Assembly: GCA_036003865.1 (NCBI GenBank)
Contig: DASYRZ010000158.1
Location: 29,175-93,174, forward strand
Direction: 5' to 3'
From: Gemmatimonadales bacterium
Lineage (GTDB): Bacteria > Gemmatimonadota > Gemmatimonadetes > Gemmatimonadales > GWC2-71-9
DNA: 64,000 nucleotides
The notes beneath the pieces are model-generated. The model was not told where the DNA came from and did not search any database. It saw nothing but the letters and a program-made list of their open reading frames with translations. The translations under genes were made by a program, and so were the position numbers. This document shows, in pieces, positions 60,433 through 64,000 of this stretch. Position 1 is the first letter of the stretch, and every line of letters starts with the position of its first letter.

Positions 60433-61718
60433 TGGTGTGGCGAGCGAGTCATTACGTTGTCGCGGGCGCGCTCGCCGCGGGGATGCTGGGGTGGGCGGCG
60501 CACCAAGCGTGGTCATCGCGTGAGATTCTGGTTGCGCTGCCGATCGTGGTGACGAGCGCGTACGACGAGTGGGCGGACACGCTGCGGCGCCGCGAGATAT
60601 TGTCCGATGTGCTGACGCGGGCCGGCATCACGGGCCGAGAGTACGTCGGGTTCATGAAGGCCACGCAGGTGCTGAATCCCCGACGGATGCAGCCGGGACT
60701 CATCTTCGAGCTGCGCAAGTTGAAGGGCGCGACCATCCCGAATCGGCTCGGCGTGCGGCTCGACCCCGAGAGACGCGTGTTCCTGTATCGCCGCGGGGGC
60801 GACTCCGGCTGGGTCGAGACCGTTGAGACGATCCCGTGGGCGACCGAGCGACTCCGTACCACCGCCGTCATTCAATCGAATCTGTACGACGCGCTCGATG
60901 CGGCGATTCCCGATTCGTTCCTGCCCGCCCCGCAGCGCGTCGCGCTAGCGTGGGCCATCGCCGACGTCTACGACTGGGAAGTCGACTTCACCAGAGACGT
61001 GAGGCCCGGAGACCGCGTCGACGTGCTGATCGAGCGCCTGCAGTCGCCGACTGGTGAGCGGCGGCTCGGCCGCATTCTCGCCGCCCGCGTGGATGTCGCG
61101 GGTTCCCCCAGCTTCGCGTTCGCGTTCGATCAGCCCACCGGCCACACCGCCTTCTACGACGATCGCGGCCGCTCGTTGCGCCGCGCGTTCCTGCTCGCGC
61201 CGCTCAGGTTCAGTCATATCTCGAGCCGCTTCGGCGGGCGGTTTCATCCGATTCTCAGGCGCTGGCGCTCGCACGAGGGGACCGATTACGCGGCCGCCTA
61301 CGGCACGCCGGTGCGCGCCACCGCCGACGGGATCGTCATGGAAGCCGGACGCAACGGCGGCTACGGCAACCTGGTCGAGCTGCGGCACGCCAACGGCATT
61401 CGCACCCGCTACGGGCATCTGTCGCGCTTCGCGCCGGGCTTGCACGTGGGACAGCGCGTCGCCCAGCAGCAGACGATCGGCTACGTGGGGTCGACGGGAC
61501 TCTCCACCGGTCCGCATCTGCATTACGAGTTCCTGGTCAACGGGCGGCCCACCAATCCGCAGCGCAAGGATGCGGGTGCCGGGGTGCCGGTCCCGGCGAA
61601 GTTGAAGTCGTTGTTCGACCAGACGCGCGCTCAGCTGCTGGCGGAGCTCGAGCCCGCGAATCTGCGTTCCGCGACGCCGGCGCTCGGCAGTGCCGCGGCC
61701 GCGGCTCGCGACGACTAG
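60432..61718 (+). CDS. M23 family metallopeptidase with an OapA/Csd3-like N-terminal region
   Basis: HEGTDYAA, GNLVELRH and TGPHLHYEF catalytic motifs are intact. TGATG overlap with the ftsZ stop. Confidence 0.85.
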   Translation: MVWRASHYVVAGALAAGMLGWAAHQAWSSREILVALPIVVTSAYDEWADTLRRREILSDVLTRAGITGREYVGFMKATQVLNPRRMQPGLIFELRKLKGATIPNRLGVRLDPERRVFLYRRGGDSGWVETVETIPWATERLRTTAVIQSNLYDALDAAIPDSFLPAPQRVALAWAIADVYDWEVDFTRDVRPGDRVDVLIERLQSPTGERRLGRILAARVDVAGSPSFAFAFDQPTGHTAFYDDRGRSLRRAFLLAPLRFSHISSRFGGRFHPILRRWRSHEGTDYAAAYGTPVRATADGIVMEAGRNGGYGNLVELRHANGIRTRYGHLSRFAPGLHVGQRVAQQQTIGYVGSTGLSTGPHLHYEFLVNGRPTNPQRKDAGAGVPVPAKLKSLFDQTRAQLLAELEPANLRSATPALGSAAAAARDD

Positions 61719-61741
61719 ACTCTCGCTCACAGATTTCGCTC

Positions 61742-62428
61742 GTGGAGCTCTATCCCGCCGTTGATATCGAAGGCGGGCGCGTCGCGCGCGCCCACGCCGC
61801 CCTGGCCGAGCCGCTGGCGGCACTGGACGCGTTCACGCGGGCAGGCGCCCGCTGGATTCATCTCGTCGACATGGATCGGGCCTACGGGCGACAAGACAAT
61901 CACGAGCTCATCAGCGCGGTGCTGCGCGCGGCGCAGGTGCGCGTGCAGGTGGGCGGCGGCCTGTTTCGCGAGGGCGACATCGATCAGATGTTCACGCTCG
62001 GCGCCACGCGCGTCGTGATCGGCCCGCGCGGCGCGGTGGACAGCGGGCTCGTCGAGCGCCTCGTGGCGCGCCACCGACCGACGCGCCTCGCGGTCGGCAT
62101 CGACGCGAAGGACGGTCAGGTCGCGCCGCGCGGTACGCGGGAGATCCTCGACCTGACGGCCCACGATCTCGCGCAGCGCGTCGCGCAGCTCGGGATCCGC
62201 ACCGTCATCTACAATGAGGTGACGCGCGACGGCCAGCTCCGCGGTCCCGATATCGAGGGCGCCCGGCGGCTCGCCGCGCTGGGCCTGGATGTGATCGTGT
62301 CGGGCGGCGTCGGTTCGCTCGACGATCTGCGCGAGGCCCGGGCGGCGGGACTCGCCGGCATCTGCGTAGGTCGAGCGTTGTACGACGGCCGCTTCTCCAT
62401 CGCGGAGGCCCTTGCGTGCCTCTCGTGA
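61742..62428 (+). CDS. hisA: HisA/PriA-family (beta/alpha)8 isomerase
   Basis: MELYPAVDIEGGRVAR and GGGL/SGGVGS phosphate-binding motifs. No other his genes are adjacent. Confidence 0.75.
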   Translation: MELYPAVDIEGGRVARAHAALAEPLAALDAFTRAGARWIHLVDMDRAYGRQDNHELISAVLRAAQVRVQVGGGLFREGDIDQMFTLGATRVVIGPRGAVDSGLVERLVARHRPTRLAVGIDAKDGQVAPRGTREILDLTAHDLAQRVAQLGIRTVIYNEVTRDGQLRGPDIEGARRLAALGLDVIVSGGVGSLDDLREARAAGLAGICVGRALYDGRFSIAEALACLS

Positions 62429-63999
62429 TGCTGCGCGTCATCGCGGTGCTCGCGCTGATTCTGCTGCTGTGGAATCCCGCCAGCTCGCGCCTGCTGCCCG
62501 CGGGCGATCAGCCGATCGTGCTGCTCGACGCGTCGTTGAGCATGTCCGGGACGCCGTGGCGCGCGGCGCTCGACAGCGCGCGCGGGTTTGCACGGCGTCG
62601 CGCGGTCGTGTGGCGGTTCGGGACCGGCGTTACGACCCTCGACACCGCGCCGCCCACCGCCGGCGCGAGCCACCTCGGCCCGGCACTCGAAGCGGCCGCC
62701 GCCAGAGCCGGCGAAGTCGTGGTCGTGACCGACGGTGAAGTGGACGACGTCGCGAGCATCCCCGCCGATCTGCTGCGACGGCCGCGTGTGATCGTCGAGC
62801 CACGACCGGCTTTCTTCGATGCGTACATCGCGGGCGTCGAAGGACTGCGACACCTGACGCGATCGGACACTGTCCGGCTCAGGGTGAGTTATGGAACGGC
62901 GGGGAAACGGGAAAGGGGAAACGGGAAACGGGAAACGTCGTTGACGGTAAGTGTCGGTGATCGACGCATCCTGTCGCAACGCGTGACGCTGCCCGACAGT
63001 GGCACGATCTCTACGGAGCTCACGTTTCCCGTTTCCCGCATCCCGTCTCCCGGTTGGTCGGTGCTCGAGGTACGGCTGGACGGTATCGGTGACGCCGAGC
63101 CTCGTGACGACAGCCGGTCGTTCGCAGTCGACGTCAGCCTCGAGCCTGCGGCCGTCATCTTCGCATCGCCGCCCGATTGGGAACCGCGGTTCCTCGCACG
63201 GACGCTCAGCGACGTGGCGCGGTTGCCCGTGAAAGTGTTCGTGGAGACCGAACCCGGACGGTGGCGGGATGGGGCGACACTTGTCCCGGTCGGGACCGCC
63301 GAACTCACGCGCGCCGCCGCGAGCGCCCGCCTGGTCATCGCGACTGGAGACCCCGAGCGCGCTCGCGCGTTTACCGGCGGCTCGCGGAGCGCATTGGTCC
63401 AGTGGTTCAGCAACGGCCAGGCGGGCGACTGGTACGTCGAGCGGCCGGCGTCCTCACCATTCACGGCAGCGCTCGCCGGCGTGCTGTGGGATTCGCTACC
63501 TCCGGCCACCGCGGTCGTCGCGCCGCCGCGCGACACCGCCCATGCCGCGACGGTCGTGCTGGCCGCCCGGCTCGCGCGCCGCGGTCCCGCGCGGCCGATT
63601 CTCACGCTCGGACAGCGCGGCAGCCAGCGGGTCGCGACCGTCACCGCCGCTGGACTGTGGCGCTGGGCGTTTCGCGGCGGCGCCGCCGAGGAAGCCTACC
63701 GCAGCGTGGTCGCGGCAACGGTCGACTGGCTGCTTGGGGAGCGGGGAGCGGACAGCAGGGAGCGGGCGATTCCCGAATCATTCGAGGTGGCGAACGGTCT
63801 GCCCACGGTCTGGCGCTGGGCGTCGCCCGATACCGCGCGCCCGCTCGCGGTGTCGGTACGGAGCGGCGCTACCACGCGCACCGATACGCTGCGCTTCGAT
63901 GCGGCCGGTCGCGCCGCGCTGCTGCTCCCCCCCGGGAGCTATCGCTACACGCTCGGCGGTGGACCGGAGCAGGGGGTCGTCGCCGTCGAGACGTACTCT
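62428..63999 (+). CDS. membrane-anchored VWA-like protein (3' end beyond window)
   Basis: Not in the ORF track because there is no stop in the window. I translated it by hand: MLRVIAVLALILLLWNP..IVLLDASLSMSG..VVVVTDGEVDD..GLWRWAF..; the frame stays open to nt 63999. TGATG overlap with hisA. Confidence 0.55.
   Translation, partial: MLRVIAVLALILLLWNPASSRLLPAGDQPIVLLDASLSMSGTPWRAALDSARGFARRRAVVWRFGTGVTTLDTAPPTAGASHLGPALEAAAARAGEVVVVTDGEVDDVASIPADLLRRPRVIVEPRPAFFDAYIAGVEGLRHLTRSDTVRLRVSYGTAGKRERGNGKRETSLTVSVGDRRILSQRVTLPDSGTISTELTFPVSRIPSPGWSVLEVRLDGIGDAEPRDDSRSFAVDVSLEPAAVIFASPPDWEPRFLARTLSDVARLPVKVFVETEPGRWRDGATLVPVGTAELTRAAASARLVIATGDPERARAFTGGSRSALVQWFSNGQAGDWYVERPASSPFTAALAGVLWDSLPPATAVVAPPRDTAHAATVVLAARLARRGPARPILTLGQRGSQRVATVTAAGLWRWAFRGGAAEEAYRSVVAATVDWLLGERGADSRERAIPESFEVANGLPTVWRWASPDTARPLAVSVRSGATTRTDTLRFDAAGRAALLLPPGSYRYTLGGGPEQGVVAVETYS
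62902..63051 (+). repeat. inverted heptamer arrays inside the CDS: 5x GGGAAAC (62902-62936) and 4x GTTTCCC-like (63024-63051), 87 nt apart
   Basis: Read directly from the sequence. The total span is 150 nt, which is 50 codons. Confidence 0.9.
63737..63764 (+). repeat. 4x heptamer GGGGAGC-type tandem repeat inside the CDS
   Basis: ggggagc ggggagc ggacagc agggagc. Same unit family as the murC tail array. Confidence 0.8.
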
Positions 64000-64000
64000 G

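Overview
High-GC bacterial chromosomal segment (GC not computed; third-codon positions are visibly GC-rich and every real gene casts long antisense shadow ORFs). It looks diderm: OM beta-barrel protein, LspA, tripartite ABC efflux. A DUF3098-like mini-protein next to the dcw cluster hints at the FCB group / Gemmatimonadota, but that is inference only. About 60 CDS and 3 tRNAs are supported. All but two CDS are on the + strand, and many are translationally coupled through ATGA/GTGA/TAATG overlaps. Order: multicopper oxidase (partial), amidohydrolase, tRNA(CAT), OMP | tilS-hpt-ftsH | MacAB-like efflux | folP-cdaA | DUF2723 | yggS-divIVA-PNP-ileS-dksA/ylyA-like-lspA-rluD | a 17.4 kb chemosensory supercluster | peptidase-MA, DUF3098-like, tRNA-Val, TPR protein, tRNA-Asp | complete dcw cluster rsmH to ftsZ | M23 peptidase, hisA-like, partial VWA-like membrane protein. 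Main finding: at 24.2-41.6 kb a Che phosphorelay (cheW-cheY-cheA-cheC ... cheR-cheD-cheB-cheW-cheW) is fused in one co-directional gene string with a bona fide mglB-mglA polarity GTPase pair, two extra Roadblock proteins, two PATAN/DUF4388 proteins carrying MshEN-like tandem motifs, four TPR proteins and a protein made of two tandem DnaA-type AAA+ modules with no DNA-binding domain. No MCP is encoded in the window. Two copies of a ~75 nt three-hairpin intergenic element, with compensatory base changes, divide this cluster into three blocks. Second theme: many short tandem-repeat arrays (7-10 nt units, 3-8 copies), several arranged as inverted arms, lie at gene boundaries and inside ORFs. A 10-copy TTGACCG(C/T)CGC array follows tRNA(CAT). 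All coordinates were counted by hand, and all domain calls rest on motif recognition without database searches.
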